20,340 bases of DNA from a virus, in IMG/VR virus record IMGVR_UViG_3300045988_068454, positions 1 through 20,340 of that record; one strand, written 5' to 3'. This document shows, piece by piece, positions 20,311 to 20,340 of this stretch (position 1 is the first letter of the stretch; each line of letters starts with the position of its first letter). The position numbers were made by a program, and so were the translations under genes. The notes beneath the pieces were generated by a model, which did no database searches, was not told the origin of the DNA, and was given only the letters and a program-made list of their open reading frames with translations.

Positions 20311-20340
20311 GTACACGCCCCCGTTGTTCTTATTCCTAAC
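20311..20340. repeat. Right inverted terminal repeat (30 bp)
   Basis: Exact reverse complement of 1-30. Confidence 0.97.

Noticed and set aside
19941-20339. A 132-aa plus-strand ORF running into the right ITR.
   Set aside because: It has no RBS, it covers both early promoters and the ITR, and its composition is unlike a protein (rich in Cys, Pro and Arg). This region is better explained as non-coding origin and promoter DNA.

Overview
This window is a complete linear dsDNA phage genome of 20,340 bp, bounded by exact 30-bp inverted terminal repeats. It encodes a phi29-type protein-primed family-B DNA polymerase with a terminal-protein candidate directly upstream. This marks it as a small phi29-like (Picovirinae/Salasmaviridae-style) podophage. 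The host is probably Gram-positive: the genes have strong AAGGAG/GGTG Shine-Dalgarno sites, the promoters have TG-extended -10 elements, and the holin is a Firmicute type.

Layout:
- About 20.16 kb down to 11.96 kb, minus strand: early/replication operon.
- 10.76-11.79 kb, plus strand: packaging ATPase, converging on a shared terminator.
- 10.61 kb down to 0.22 kb, minus strand: late operon. Gene order is holin, M15 endolysin, scaffold, major capsid, tail knob, LysM-M23 hydrolase, upper and lower collar, small proteins, appendage/receptor-binding protein.

The most notable feature is in the first ~2.8 kb of the early transcript, which carries six structured RNA elements between small genes.
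- Three are near-identical type II hammerhead ribozymes. Each has a full catalytic core, a GUC cleavage triplet and a loop I/3'-tail pseudoknot, and each is fused to a conserved leader plus RBS.
- Three are copies of a second, unassigned RNA motif. Its helices show compensatory changes while its junction nucleotides stay invariant.

Other points:
- A GC-rich structured ~110-nt RNA candidate (possible pRNA analogue) lies between the ATPase stop and the terminator.
- A family of promoters shares ATGGTAYAATA.
- An attenuator-like terminator sits in front of the terminal protein/polymerase genes.

Several start codons were moved relative to the ORF track on RBS evidence. Product names rest on motif recognition and synteny by eye. 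No database search was run.
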